This document shows, piece by piece, positions 19,669 to 30,441 of a stretch of 64,000 nt of DNA. Under the pieces are notes generated by a model that ran no database searches, was not told the DNA's origin, and saw only the letters and a list, made by a program, of their open reading frames with translations. The stretch's first letter is position 1; each line of letters opens with the position of its first letter. The DNA lies in NCBI GenBank assembly GCA_043822705.1, contig JBDRBK010000115.1, forward strand, positions 32,001-96,000. The letters are read 5' to 3'. The DNA is from Fidelibacterota bacterium (GTDB lineage Bacteria; Fidelibacterota; Marinisomatia; Marinisomatales; TCS56). The translations under genes and the position numbers were made by a program.

Positions 19669-20457
19669 TTAACCGACCTGATAGTACTGCCGGGGGTTTT
19701 TAACAAAAGGCAGGTAAATCTGGAAAATGCGGTACTGCAGGAGACGACGGCTTTTACCGGTCAGTTTATTGGCCCAGCCTGGTTTGCGTCCGGTTACCTG
19801 GTGCTTTTCATCGAGGGTATTGATCATGGCATGGATAATAATACCATATACCAGTAGAGTTTGCCGGTCATCCTGATAATCCAGGTTTTCCAGAATGGCA
19901 ATCAGGGGGTCGAACCAGCGTCTGAAACCCGCCTCGGCTAAAAACCTGTCGGTGAATTCCGCGAATGTTATCGTATAGTATTTTTCGTTGATTTGTTTAA
20001 TCAGCGATTCACCCATGCCGCGCTGCCAGCCCCGTTTCACGATTTGATTTTTACTGCTCTCGAGCGCCCGGATGAATGCCAGCAACAGCGCCCCCCGCTT
20101 ATTCAGGGCTAAATTGGTGTAGATGCCTTCCAGTCGCATGATCTGGATGCGCGCCCAGAGTTGAACGAAGAGATAAATACTGTCCAGGTAAGTGAACCAG
20201 TCGGAGAATTCCAGTCCTTCCGGCCGGTCAGTGTAACTGAATTCATCGAAATCGGATTGGGCCAGGTAGCGAATTTTACCGACCAGTTCATCGGCGGCTT
20301 TTAAAATCGGATCAAGATTTTTATTGATCAACTGGGCGGCGGACTTCCGGTCGTTCACTTTTTGGACATAAAAATATTCGAACAGTTTTACCAGCATCCC
20401 GCCACTGAACAAGGCAATTATAATTTTCAGCCAGCTCGGCTCGGCAATACTTCCCAC
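19669..20457 (-). CDS. Hypothetical protein with N-terminal hydrophobic helix
   Basis: 262-aa ORF with protein-like composition; no recognised motif. Confidence 0.6.
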   Translation of the reverse strand: MGSIAEPSWLKIIIALFSGGMLVKLFEYFYVQKVNDRKSAAQLINKNLDPILKAADELVGKIRYLAQSDFDEFSYTDRPEGLEFSDWFTYLDSIYLFVQLWARIQIMRLEGIYTNLALNKRGALLLAFIRALESSKNQIVKRGWQRGMGESLIKQINEKYYTITFAEFTDRFLAEAGFRRWFDPLIAILENLDYQDDRQTLLVYGIIIHAMINTLDEKHQVTGRKPGWANKLTGKSRRLLQYRIFQIYLPFVKNPRQYYQVG

Positions 20458-20729
20458 TTAAATTAATCCGGTTGAGTTATTGTAATCTTCAACGGTCGAT
20501 TTCCCTCCCGCACAAGGCTCATGAAAATATTTTCCGTCAATAAGCCCGCCATCAGATTACATTATAAATAGTAAAATTTCAAGGAATCAAACGCATTTGA
20601 TTGGGCTTAATACACTTCTTTCCCTCAATCCCCGCCTCAGATTAGCGGTATAAATATGTCCGCCACAGATGGTTAGCAGGATCGCCCGGATTAAAATCGC
20701 AGTACGCAAACCACCGATGAGTGATTCGG

Positions 20730-21191
20730 TCAGATCGTCCCGGTTTCAAGGATCGCCTTCAGATTGCGGCCTTCTTCCAGCATATGTTGGCGCATGGCCG
20801 CGATCCGGTTCCTGAATAACAAAAGAAAAACGAAATCGAGCAGACGATCGATGAATTTTACCCTCGAACCGATTTCGAGTTCGGCGGTAAAGCGGACGTC
20901 ATACCCGTTTCCCCGGGCCTCGAATGCCCCGCGTCCCATGCCGGCAATGGCAAATTCCACCCGCTGGTCCGGAACCACATTCGTGATGCGGAAGCGCAGC
21001 TTGTGGGATTTTCCATGGAGAAATTCCTCACATTCGATCTCAGAACCCACCGCCAGCAGCGATCCATGCAACACCCGGCAGGATACATGCGCCGGATGCC
21101 AGAGCGTATAGTGCCGCGGCATTTGCTCCAACCAGGCGAAAACTTCGCCGGGAGTTGTTCTGATATCAATGCTGTCGCGCAGTGAAATCAT
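20730..21191 (-). CDS. SRPBCC/START-like family protein
   Basis: SIDIRTTPGEVFAWL...WHP...HMLEEGRNLKAILE; start moved to ATG 21191 after GAAGGAG. Confidence 0.7.
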   Translation of the reverse strand: MISLRDSIDIRTTPGEVFAWLEQMPRHYTLWHPAHVSCRVLHGSLLAVGSEIECEEFLHGKSHKLRFRITNVVPDQRVEFAIAGMGRGAFEARGNGYDVRFTAELEIGSRVKFIDRLLDFVFLLLFRNRIAAMRQHMLEEGRNLKAILETGTI

Positions 21192-21278
21192 GTTTGCTCC
21201 TTCCAGGCTATTCTGCCGGATGTTGGCAACAGGTGCCGCGTGTACTGCGTCCGCCGGAATGGGTGACAAGTAGGGACT

Positions 21279-21608
21279 TCAATCAACGATGAACAGCTTG
21301 GCCCCGACTGCCGTGAGCGAACGGTGTGGTTCGGTGTTGTCGGCGACCTGGTAGCTCATCCCCGGCCTCAGGGTGAAAATGCGACCGTCTTTGAGTTCGG
21401 TCTGCAGCTCACCCTCAATAACCAGCAGGATATGGCCCTTGTCGCACCAGTGATCGGCGAGATAGCCCGGCGAATACTCGACCATCCGGACGCGGATTTC
21501 GCCGAATTGCAGGGTGCGCCAGTACGCCCTGCCGCGTTCACCCGGATATTCGGTTTTCGGGATTTCCGACCACTCGATGACATTAAAGGGAATGTCTGAT
21601 AATTTCAT
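21279..21608 (-). CDS. DHCW-motif cupin protein
   Basis: RVRMVEYSPGYLADHWCDKGH...GAKLFIVD. Confidence 0.85.
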   Translation of the reverse strand: MKLSDIPFNVIEWSEIPKTEYPGERGRAYWRTLQFGEIRVRMVEYSPGYLADHWCDKGHILLVIEGELQTELKDGRIFTLRPGMSYQVADNTEPHRSLTAVGAKLFIVD

Positions 21609-21641
21609 GATGAATCCTTTCGCTATTCCTAACCGCTTGAC

Positions 21642-22244
21642 TCACTGGTTTGTGTTGTGTCCGGTATTATTAGAATCCAGATAACTATCCATATCCAGTG
21701 CCACGCCGGCATCATTTACTGGAACATACCGCACTGCATTACCATGTCTTAGAATTATTTCCCGGGCGCCGTTATCGCCGCTGAGGGCCAACAGTTCGGG
21801 GGTCAATTCGGAAGAAAAAAAGGTGGGGTGGCCCATCCGCTCACTGAAGGTGGGGACCAGAATCAACGGTTTGATCCGCTCCAATTCGGCCAGCAGAAAT
21901 TCGATCGTCGCCGGTTGGATGAACGGCTTGTCGCCGTTGCAGAAAGCCCAATAATCCGGTTCTCCGGACGTATTTGTCAGGCCGGCCTTAATCGATGAGG
22001 TCAGTCCGGTGGCAAAATCAGGATTGTAAACAATGGTGATCCGGTCACCGAAGCGCCGGTTGAGCAGCGGCTTGATTTTTTCCCATTGATGGCCGGTGAC
22101 GACGGTGATTCCCATGTTCGAGTCGATGAAACTCCAGACAGTGGTTTCGATCACTGTCCGATTGCCCGATGGCAACAATAATTTGTTCGGCGGGTGGCGG
22201 CGGGAAAGTCCGGCGGCGGTGATGATCAATTGGGTCGTGGTCAC
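21642..22244 (-). CDS. mocA: Molybdenum cofactor cytidylyltransferase-like (MocA/YgfJ) NTP transferase
   Basis: TAAGLSRR...NKLLL, NPDF..G..SSIKAG, GDKP, GHP, GDNGAR, DMD. Confidence 0.8.
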   Translation of the reverse strand: MTTTQLIITAAGLSRRHPPNKLLLPSGNRTVIETTVWSFIDSNMGITVVTGHQWEKIKPLLNRRFGDRITIVYNPDFATGLTSSIKAGLTNTSGEPDYWAFCNGDKPFIQPATIEFLLAELERIKPLILVPTFSERMGHPTFFSSELTPELLALSGDNGAREIILRHGNAVRYVPVNDAGVALDMDSYLDSNNTGHNTNQ

Positions 22245-22978
22245 TGCACCGGTTCCAGATGATCCTTTTGTACGCTGCCGTACCAGGTGGGTCGGCCGGA
22301 GGCGGCGTAAATCGCGCGTGCCAATGCGCTGGCCTGACCGGGATGGGCGTCGGTCTTATTGACGAAATAGGTGCGCGGAATGGCCGGCGGTATTTTTGAT
22401 GAGTAGCCCTTTTCCGAGGTGACGACCCGGGTAATGAAAGCAGGCGTCAGCACGAAATTGTCGGCGATGCCCCAGAATTCGCGGAAGCGCTCCGGGCGGT
22501 GTACCAGTCCGTCGGCCAGGGTCGTGCCGACCACATCGGCGCCGACGATGACGATCACCCGATCGAAGAAATCCGGGACCATCGGGTCGTGATCGCAATG
22601 GACCTTCAACGGCCGGTTGCGGGCACCGTCGCATTCAACAATCGTGACATCGGCCTGGTCTTTGAATTGCTCCAATTCATCCATGGTGATGCCGTCCACT
22701 TTGTGGGCATTCAGGCAGGTGCCCATCACGCACAGGGGATTGTGGCGGGCGAACCAGGTGGCTAAATCGCCGCTGCCGATTTCATCCCGGCAGATAATTT
22801 TAGGGTCGGTATGAAATGCAGATTTGGTAATCGAGGTCAACAGGACCCGGCCAAACACTTGCACCAGTTCCCGGCCCAGCCGTTGCTGCAGACCGGTCTT
22901 GCCGCCGCCGCCCAGCAGGGCGATGCAGGCACCGGCAACCGGGGCACCATCGGGGAAGGCCAGAGCGGTAAAGTCCAT
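22241..22978 (-). CDS. yqeC: Selenium cofactor biosynthesis protein YqeC
   Basis: GGGGKT, IVECDGARNRPLK, VHRPERF, VNKTD; overlaps mocA. Confidence 0.85.
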   Translation of the reverse strand: MDFTALAFPDGAPVAGACIALLGGGGKTGLQQRLGRELVQVFGRVLLTSITKSAFHTDPKIICRDEIGSGDLATWFARHNPLCVMGTCLNAHKVDGITMDELEQFKDQADVTIVECDGARNRPLKVHCDHDPMVPDFFDRVIVIVGADVVGTTLADGLVHRPERFREFWGIADNFVLTPAFITRVVTSEKGYSSKIPPAIPRTYFVNKTDAHPGQASALARAIYAASGRPTWYGSVQKDHLEPVQ

Positions 22979-23167
22979 GAGTTAATTTACGGTCCTCAGG
23001 AATAAATTGCGCCAGCCGCTATCGGCAACCGCTGATTTGACGGAAGACTGGCAAACTTCCCGTATATTTCGCCCGGGAAAAAACCGACTTAAGATCGCGA
23101 TTGAAAAATTGTCGTCGTGGTGCGGTCATCCCCGGTTCGATATCAATTATCAGGAAAAAGTACGACC

Positions 23168-24358
23168 ATGACCGGAATCATCCTAAAACCAGGCCGTGAA
23201 CGCAGCCTGCTGCGGCTGCATCCCTGGATATTTTCGGGGGCGATCAAAAAAGTCAACAGCGCTCCCCGGCCGGGGGAGACGGTCGATCTGTTTTCCGCCG
23301 ACGGCCGGTTCCTGGGGCGCGGGGCCTATTCCCCGGTTTCCCAGATTCGGGTGCGTGTCTGGACTTTCGACGAAGGCGAGACGATCGACGTGGCATTCTT
23401 CGAAAAACGGATCAAGGCTGCCGTGGCCCTGCGTAAGGCAGCGGGAATTGCGCAGCAGACGGACGCCTGCCGGCTGGTGGCGACCGAGGCCGACGGACTA
23501 CCGGGACTGATAGTCGACCGTTACGGCGCCTTTCTGGTCTGCCAGTTTCTGAGTGCCGGGGCGGCGTATTGGCAATCTACTGTCGTCGATATCCTGCGGC
23601 ACTCGCCCGGCGTTACGGGAATCTATCAGCGCTCCGATGCCGACGTCCGTGGCAAGGAGGGTCTGGAGCCGGTCCGGGGACTACTGTGGGGCGCGGAACC
23701 GCCGGAGTTGGTGGAAATCGTTGAAAATGGTCTAAAATTTCTGGTGGACATTCGCAACGGCCACAAGACCGGTTTTTACCTGGACCAACGGGAGAACCGG
23801 CAACTGGTCCGTTCCTGTAGTGCCGATAAGGATGTGCTGAATTGTTTCGCCTATACCGGCGGATTCGGGCTGGCGGCCCTCCAGGGCGGCGCCCGGCAGG
23901 TAACCAACGTGGAAAGCGTGGCCGGCCTGCTATCGCTGATCGATCAGAATCGGCAACTGAATTCATTAGACGAACAACTTTGTATGAACGTGAAGGCCGA
24001 TGTATTCCAATTGTTGCGACAATACGACGAAACGGGCCGGACCTTCGATATCATCGTTCTGGACCCGCCGAAATTCGCCGAATCGCAGAGCAATCTGCCC
24101 AGGGCCAGTCGCGGCTACAAGGATATCAACCGGTTGGCTTTCAAGTTACTGCGGCCGGGCGGGCTGCTGTTTACTTTTTCCTGTTCGGGTCTGATGAAGA
24201 TGGACTTGTTTCAAAAGATCGTGGCCGATGCCGCCCTCGATGCGGGGCGCGATGGGCGGATTCTGCAATGGCTGCGGCAGGGGGCCGACCATCCTGTGAC
24301 GCTGCCCTTTCCCGAGAGCCTGTACCTGAAAGGCTTGCTGGTTGAGGTTGTTGAATAA
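23168..24358 (+). CDS. rlmI: 23S rRNA m5C1962-type class I SAM methyltransferase (RlmI)
   Basis: HPWIFSGAI, EADGLPGLIVDRY, GHKTGFYLDQRENR, VLNCFAYTGGF, LDPPKF, FSCSG, YLKG. Confidence 0.9.
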   Translation: MTGIILKPGRERSLLRLHPWIFSGAIKKVNSAPRPGETVDLFSADGRFLGRGAYSPVSQIRVRVWTFDEGETIDVAFFEKRIKAAVALRKAAGIAQQTDACRLVATEADGLPGLIVDRYGAFLVCQFLSAGAAYWQSTVVDILRHSPGVTGIYQRSDADVRGKEGLEPVRGLLWGAEPPELVEIVENGLKFLVDIRNGHKTGFYLDQRENRQLVRSCSADKDVLNCFAYTGGFGLAALQGGARQVTNVESVAGLLSLIDQNRQLNSLDEQLCMNVKADVFQLLRQYDETGRTFDIIVLDPPKFAESQSNLPRASRGYKDINRLAFKLLRPGGLLFTFSCSGLMKMDLFQKIVADAALDAGRDGRILQWLRQGADHPVTLPFPESLYLKGLLVEVVE

Positions 24359-24454
24359 CCCGTCACAAATTGATTTGTATATCCAGGCGAATCTGATTAA
24401 AATCGGCATCATTTCCTGCCGATGGCAATCCATTGGTATTCAAAGGAGGAATCT

Positions 24455-24979
24455 ATGCGCAGAATTTTACTCTTTTGTATGACTTTTCTTATGCTTGGCT
24501 TAATGGCCGGTTGTTCGAACACAGATGAATCCCTTTGCGATTTCGGCCTTTACCTGCTGGCGGATACTACCCTGAGCTATGCCGAGATTGCCGACAAATC
24601 ACTTGGTAAACTGAAATTGCAGGATAATCCGGTGATTATATCCGAAGACATTCAAAGTTACGAGGTATTGTATTCTTCCGATTCTACCTATTCTTTGTTC
24701 CATAGAATGGTAGTAACGGCTGCGACAGTCGATAAACTGGGATCGGAAATCATTCCTTATGTGGTGAAAGTCGGCTCCAATCGAATCTACCTGGGCGAAT
24801 ACTGGCCCCAATTGATGTCGATTATGGCTCAAACAGTTACGATGGTCAATATGGCGTATGTGGATTTAGTTTTTATTGCTAATAATGACACAGGTGCTGA
24901 ATTAATAAACGATTTCCGAATAGTAGCAGCCCTTGAACAGGGCGGGGTAGAGATCGTGTATGAAGATATCAGCAACTGA
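24455..24979 (+). CDS. Hypothetical lipoprotein
   Basis: RBS AGGAGG; MRRILLFCMTFLMLGLMAGC lipobox; AT-richer than its neighbours. Confidence 0.7.
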   Translation: MRRILLFCMTFLMLGLMAGCSNTDESLCDFGLYLLADTTLSYAEIADKSLGKLKLQDNPVIISEDIQSYEVLYSSDSTYSLFHRMVVTAATVDKLGSEIIPYVVKVGSNRIYLGEYWPQLMSIMAQTVTMVNMAYVDLVFIANNDTGAELINDFRIVAALEQGGVEIVYEDISN

Positions 24980-25100
24980 ATAGAATCCATCATCATTTTG
25001 AACGGAATCGTGGTATTGGAGCTGATCCGATAAGTTTCCATCTCCGACTGAAATCTTAGTAAATTATATCGATAGAAAGGGCAAAGAGTAAGAATTAATT

Positions 25101-26735
25101 ATGGCACATTTGCAGTTTGAAATTTCCGGAAATATTGTCGATATATTCAATCAACGCACCTTCCCCGGCCGGATTGCCGTTGAAAACGGACGCATCGTAG
25201 CGATTGATGAAACCAGCCATGCCGTAGAACAGACTATCTTGCCGGGTCTGATCGACGCCCATATTCACATCGAAAGCTCAATGCTGGTGCCCACGGAATT
25301 CGCCCGGCTGGCGCTAGCGCACGGCACGCTGGCGGCGGTTTGTGATCCCCATGAGATTGCCAATGTACTAGGTGTCGCAGGGGTGGAATTCATGCTGAAA
25401 AACGCTGCGCGATCACCCTTCAAATTTCATTTTGGCGCCCCTTCCTGCGTACCGGCGACACCGTTCGAAACCGCCGGTGCGACCATTACCGCGGCCGATA
25501 TCGAACGGTTATTTTCCCGGCGGCAGCTCAAATTCCTCAGTGAAATGATGAATGTCCCTGGTGTGCTACTGGACCTGCCGGAGGTGACGGCCAAACTGGC
25601 TCTGGCCCGTAAATACGGCCGGCTGGTGGATGGTCATGCCCCGGGGCTGCAGGGATCCGCGGCCGGAAAATATATCGCTGCAGGTATCACGACCGACCAC
25701 GAATGCGTGACCCTGCCGGAAGCCCGGGAGAAAATCACACGGGGGATGAAAATTCAGATTCGGGAAGGCAGCGCCGCCCGAAATTTCGACGATCTGTATC
25801 CATTAATTGACGAATACCCGGGTATGTGCATGCTCTGCAGCGACGACAAACATCCCGACGACCTGGTGCGCGGGCACATCAACGAGCTGGTCCGACGCGG
25901 GCTGGCGGCCGGACTCAATCCATACAACCTGCTGCGGGCGGCCTGTCTCGCTCCGGTGGAGCATTACGATCTGGAGGTGGGCCTGCTGCGGGTGGGCGAT
26001 CCGGCCGATTTCATCGTGGTGGACGATCTGGCGCAGTTCAATGTGATTCGGACTTATATCGATGGAATCCTGGTGGCGGAAAACGGCTGCTCGGCATTAC
26101 CGGCCGTCGCGGTCGAGTCGCTGAATAAATTCAATTGCCAGCGCAAGCAGATTACCGATTTCGCCGTGCCGGCGGCCGGTAATAAAATCCGGACCATCGA
26201 TGTGATTCCCGGCCAGTTAATCACCGGTAGTGCCTTGGTCGAACCGTGGATTTCCGATGGGAACGTGGTGGCCGATCCCGGTCGCGACATACTGAAATTG
26301 ACGGTGGTCAACCGTTATGCCAATGCCAGGCCGGCGCTGGGTTTCGTGCGCAATTTCGGTCTTAAAACCGGTGCGATTGCCTCATCGGTGGCTCATGACA
26401 GCCATAATATTGTTGCTCTGGGCGCCAGCGACGAAGAACTATGCCGGGTGGTAAATCTGGTGATCGAACAACGGGGCGGAATCGCCGCCGTTGGTGGAAT
26501 GGAAGAAGTGATTATGCCGCTGCCGGTGGCTGGTATCATGAGCGACCGTGACGGACAGACTGTGGCCGGGCTGTATTCCGCTTTGGATCGCTTTGCCAAG
26601 GGTCTTGGTTCATCCCTGCCGGCGCCCTTCATGAGCTTGTCCTTCCTGGCCTTGCTGGTCATCCCCGAGCTGAAACTCAGCGATCAAGGTCTCTTCGATG
26701 GAATAAATTTTAAATTCACTTCCGTCTTTGGATGA
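25101..26735 (+). CDS. ade: Adenine deaminase
   Basis: DAHIHIESS, DPHEIANV, PSCVPAT, DGHAP, DHEC, REGSA, SDDKHP, SVAHDSHN. Confidence 0.93.
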   Translation: MAHLQFEISGNIVDIFNQRTFPGRIAVENGRIVAIDETSHAVEQTILPGLIDAHIHIESSMLVPTEFARLALAHGTLAAVCDPHEIANVLGVAGVEFMLKNAARSPFKFHFGAPSCVPATPFETAGATITAADIERLFSRRQLKFLSEMMNVPGVLLDLPEVTAKLALARKYGRLVDGHAPGLQGSAAGKYIAAGITTDHECVTLPEAREKITRGMKIQIREGSAARNFDDLYPLIDEYPGMCMLCSDDKHPDDLVRGHINELVRRGLAAGLNPYNLLRAACLAPVEHYDLEVGLLRVGDPADFIVVDDLAQFNVIRTYIDGILVAENGCSALPAVAVESLNKFNCQRKQITDFAVPAAGNKIRTIDVIPGQLITGSALVEPWISDGNVVADPGRDILKLTVVNRYANARPALGFVRNFGLKTGAIASSVAHDSHNIVALGASDEELCRVVNLVIEQRGGIAAVGGMEEVIMPLPVAGIMSDRDGQTVAGLYSALDRFAKGLGSSLPAPFMSLSFLALLVIPELKLSDQGLFDGINFKFTSVFG

Positions 26736-26839
26736 TGCTCGATAAAAGCGCTAAATTTCACGGTTTGCTGTAATAGAAAAATGAAGAAAATACCTTACTT
26801 AAAAATGATTGCAACGGCGCGATTTTGAACAGGAATACG

Positions 26840-29116
26840 GTGAGTAAGGATTTCAAATATATCGGTCGGTCGGTCCCCCGGGTCGACGCCGCCGGCAAGG
26901 TAACCGGCCGGACCCGCTTTGTCACCGATGAATTCTTGGATCGGATGGTCCATGCCTACCCGTTTTATTCCGCCATTCCGTTCGGTCGGGTGACGGCCAT
27001 CGATATTGCACCGGCAGCCTCGCAACCGGGAATTCTGGGCGTGCTGACCGCTCGCGATATCCCTGGGAAAAATCAGGTGGGGGTCATTATCGAGGATCAG
27101 CCGCTACTGGCCGATCCGGTGGTGCGCTTCGTCGGCGATACGATCGGGATCGTCGTAGCCGAGACCGCAGTCGCCGCCCGCCGGGCCGCCCGCCTGGTGA
27201 TGGTGCAGTACGAAGAATTCGAACCGATTTTCTCGATCGCTGAAAGCAAAGCCGCCACCGGTAATTTTATCCACGATTCCAATGTGGCCTGTCGCCACCG
27301 GGTCGATAAAGGCGATATCGAAGCCGGTTTCGCTTCCGCCGACCAAATCATCGAGGCCGATTTCGTCACGCCGTTTCAGGAACATTATTACCTGGAACCA
27401 CAGGGTTGTATCGTCATCCCGGAAGATGACGGCAGCGTCACGGTCCACGGTTCGATCCAGTGCATTTATTATGTCCAGAAAGCAGTGGCCCGGGTACTGG
27501 GAATTCCCTTCAGCAAAGTCCGGGTGGTCCAGTCGCCGATCGGCGGCGGCTTCGGCGGCAAGGAGGATATTCCATCGGAGCTCTGCGCCCGTGCCGCGTT
27601 AGCGGCCGTAAAATTCAATCGGCCGGTAAAAATGGTATACAACCGCCGCGACGACGTGCAACTTACCAGCAAACGGCACCCGTTTCAGATTCATTTCAAG
27701 GTCGGCGTCACCAATGACGGCCGTTTGCTGGCGGCCGATATCCGGCTGGAAGAGAACTCCGGCGCCTACGCCACTTTGTCGACCGTCGTATCCTCCCGCA
27801 GCACGATTCACGCCATGGGACCCTACGTGATTCCCAATATCCGGGTGCGCTCGACCGCCTGGTACACCAACCTGCCCACCACCGGCGCCTTCCGTGGTTT
27901 CGGTTCGCCCCAGGCCACTTTCGGTCACGAGCGGATGCTGGACATCATCGCCGACAGCCTGGGTATCGATCCGGTGGAACTGCGGCTGAAAAACGTGCTG
28001 CGAACCGGCGACCTGACCCAGACCGGCCAGAAATTATCCGTCAGTGTGGGTGCGGAAGAGACGATTACCCGCAGCCGGGACCGCTCGGATTGGAACGCCG
28101 TTCGCTCGGCTCGGACGTCCGCCGGGCGCTACCTGAGCGGCATCGGGATCGCCGCCTCCCATTACGGCAATTGCCTGGGTGCCGCCGGCTGGGCGCTGGA
28201 CGGGGCCGGCGCCAAAATCCAGATTCGCCGTGATGGTTCGGTGGCTGTTGCTTATGGACTGGCCGAGATGGGCCAGGGCGCCCTGACCGCCGTGACCCAG
28301 ATGACGGCCGAGGCGCTGGGGATCGATTCCGGCCGGATTACCGTGCCTGCGCCGAGTACTGACCTGGTACCGGACAGCGGTCCCGGCGTCGCCAGCCGCA
28401 ATGTGGTCATGACCGGCAACGCGATTCGTGATGCCGCCGCCAAACTGGCGCCGATCCTGAAAACCGCCGCCGCTGCCATGCTGGAAACCGATCCGGAAAA
28501 AATTACGATTGCCGGCGACCGGATTCTGGTCGACGAGACCGAAAAATCCGACTTCGGCACCCTGGCCGATTACCTGTTCACCGGCAATTACCAGATGGAT
28601 ATGCTGGGCTGGTGGCACGTGCCGGCGCTGAATTACGATCCGGAAAAGGGGATCGGCGAGGCCTATTTTACCTATTCCTACGCCACCCATGTGGCTAAGG
28701 TGCGGGTGGATCGCCTGACAGGGCTGGTCCACGTGGACAAAATCTGGGCTGCCCATGATATCGGTCAGGCCATCAATCCCGCCGGACTGGAGGGGCAGGT
28801 GGAAGGTGGTACGACCCAGGGCATCGGTTGGGCTTTGACCGAACAGTTCAAATTTGACCGCGGCCGGGTGCTGACCGGAAATCTTTCGACCTATTTATTG
28901 CCCACGGCCGCCGATGTAGGCGAGGTGGAAACGATCCTGGTGGAAGCCGCTGAACCGCTGGGTCCCTGGGGCGCCAAGGGTATCGGCGAACCGGCGGTGA
29001 TTCCCACGGCGGCGGCAATTGCCAACGCCGTCAGCCACGCCATCGGCGTGCAGTTGAATGAGATTCCGTTGACACCCGAAAAAGTGTTGGCCGCCATCGA
29101 AGGGAGAGACCGCTGA
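26840..29116 (+). CDS. xdhA: Xanthine dehydrogenase family molybdopterin-binding subunit
   Basis: GGGFGGK, AFRGFG, EMGQG, ASR, GQVEGG, GAKGIGEP; GTG start at 26840 after AGGA. Confidence 0.9.
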   Translation: MSKDFKYIGRSVPRVDAAGKVTGRTRFVTDEFLDRMVHAYPFYSAIPFGRVTAIDIAPAASQPGILGVLTARDIPGKNQVGVIIEDQPLLADPVVRFVGDTIGIVVAETAVAARRAARLVMVQYEEFEPIFSIAESKAATGNFIHDSNVACRHRVDKGDIEAGFASADQIIEADFVTPFQEHYYLEPQGCIVIPEDDGSVTVHGSIQCIYYVQKAVARVLGIPFSKVRVVQSPIGGGFGGKEDIPSELCARAALAAVKFNRPVKMVYNRRDDVQLTSKRHPFQIHFKVGVTNDGRLLAADIRLEENSGAYATLSTVVSSRSTIHAMGPYVIPNIRVRSTAWYTNLPTTGAFRGFGSPQATFGHERMLDIIADSLGIDPVELRLKNVLRTGDLTQTGQKLSVSVGAEETITRSRDRSDWNAVRSARTSAGRYLSGIGIAASHYGNCLGAAGWALDGAGAKIQIRRDGSVAVAYGLAEMGQGALTAVTQMTAEALGIDSGRITVPAPSTDLVPDSGPGVASRNVVMTGNAIRDAAAKLAPILKTAAAAMLETDPEKITIAGDRILVDETEKSDFGTLADYLFTGNYQMDMLGWWHVPALNYDPEKGIGEAYFTYSYATHVAKVRVDRLTGLVHVDKIWAAHDIGQAINPAGLEGQVEGGTTQGIGWALTEQFKFDRGRVLTGNLSTYLLPTAADVGEVETILVEAAEPLGPWGAKGIGEPAVIPTAAAIANAVSHAIGVQLNEIPLTPEKVLAAIEGRDR

Positions 29117-30441
29117 TGGATCTGATTCTGACCAACGGCCGGATCGCCAGTCCCGGTACCAATCCCGGGCTGATCGAGGAAGGTTTTATTGCTATCCAGG
29201 ATGGCGTGATCGTCGCCGTCGGCGCCGCGTTGCCGGAAGGCCTGTCCGCCGGACAGGTCGTCGATCTGGCCGGTAAACTGGTGTTGCCGGGCATGATCAA
29301 CGCTCACACCCATTTATATTCGGCTCTGGCCTTGGGGATGCCCTGGCCGGCGGCGCCACCGCAGAATTTCGTCGAGAAACTGCAGAAAATCTGGTGGCGG
29401 CTGGACCGAGCCCTCGATACAGAATCCACCCGCGCCTCGTTTGCGGCGGGACTGTTGGATTGCCTCCACAGCGGGGTGACCACGGTGATCGACCACCATT
29501 CCAGTCAGAATTTCATCGGCGGCTCGCTGGAGCTGCTGGCGGAAGTGGCCGAAACCATCGGAATCAATGTGGCGGCGGCCTTCGAAATCACCGATCGCAA
29601 CGGTCCCGCCGGATTCCAGGCCGGACTGCAAGAAAACCTCGATTTTTTTAATAATTATCGCAATCACCCCAACATCCGGCCGCTGATCGGTTTGCATGCA
29701 TCATTCACCCTGTTGGACGAGTCGTTGGCGACAATTCGCCGGACCCTGGGTGATGATTGTGATTGGGGTGTTCATATCCACGTTTCCGAAGATCAGGCCG
29801 ACGAAACCGACGCCCGCAATCGTGGCTACCGCTCGGTGATCGACCGCCTGCAAGCCTTCGATCTGATCAATCAGTGCAGCCTGATTATTCACGGTCTTCA
29901 CATGCCGCCGGAGGATGTGGATATTCTGGCGCAGACCGGTGCCCTGCTGGTGCATAATCCCACCTCGAATGCCAACAACCGGGTCGGCATTTTGAGTGCC
30001 GCTACCGTCAACAGATTAAAAGCCGGACTAGGTACCGACGGCATGCAGGCCAATCTGCTGAACGAGGCCAAGGAAGGTACCCTGATCCGCAGCCACAGTC
30101 TGACGGGCGGGGCCGACAACCTGGATTACAGCCAACTCTTGTTCGATCACAATCCGGCGATCGCCTCGCGAATCTTCGGGCGGTCGATCGGCAAAATCCA
30201 GGTGGGGGCTTCCGCCGATCTGGCGATCTATGATTATTCCCCCCGGACGGAACTGTCCGCCGCCAATCTGAGCGGCCACCTGCTGTTCGGGCTGGATCGG
30301 CCCGAAGCGGTCATTATCAACGGAAAGTTTAAACTGCGTGACCGGCAATGCGTCACGCTCGACGAAGATGAACTACTGCACAAAGCGCGGTTCCAGTCAC
30401 GGAAATTATGGGCCGCCATGGAACAATTAACTGTGAGATGA
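29116..30441 (+). CDS. ssnA: SsnA-like aminohydrolase
   Basis: [54 protein letters not shown]. Confidence 0.85.
   Translation: MDLILTNGRIASPGTNPGLIEEGFIAIQDGVIVAVGAALPEGLSAGQVVDLAGKLVLPGMINAHTHLYSALALGMPWPAAPPQNFVEKLQKIWWRLDRALDTESTRASFAAGLLDCLHSGVTTVIDHHSSQNFIGGSLELLAEVAETIGINVAAAFEITDRNGPAGFQAGLQENLDFFNNYRNHPNIRPLIGLHASFTLLDESLATIRRTLGDDCDWGVHIHVSEDQADETDARNRGYRSVIDRLQAFDLINQCSLIIHGLHMPPEDVDILAQTGALLVHNPTSNANNRVGILSAATVNRLKAGLGTDGMQANLLNEAKEGTLIRSHSLTGGADNLDYSQLLFDHNPAIASRIFGRSIGKIQVGASADLAIYDYSPRTELSAANLSGHLLFGLDRPEAVIINGKFKLRDRQCVTLDEDELLHKARFQSRKLWAAMEQLTVR

Noticed and set aside
23040..23090. c-di-GMP-I riboswitch (GGCAAAC)
   Set aside because: No GNRA/receptor pair or second hairpin; the region fits a divergent promoter better.
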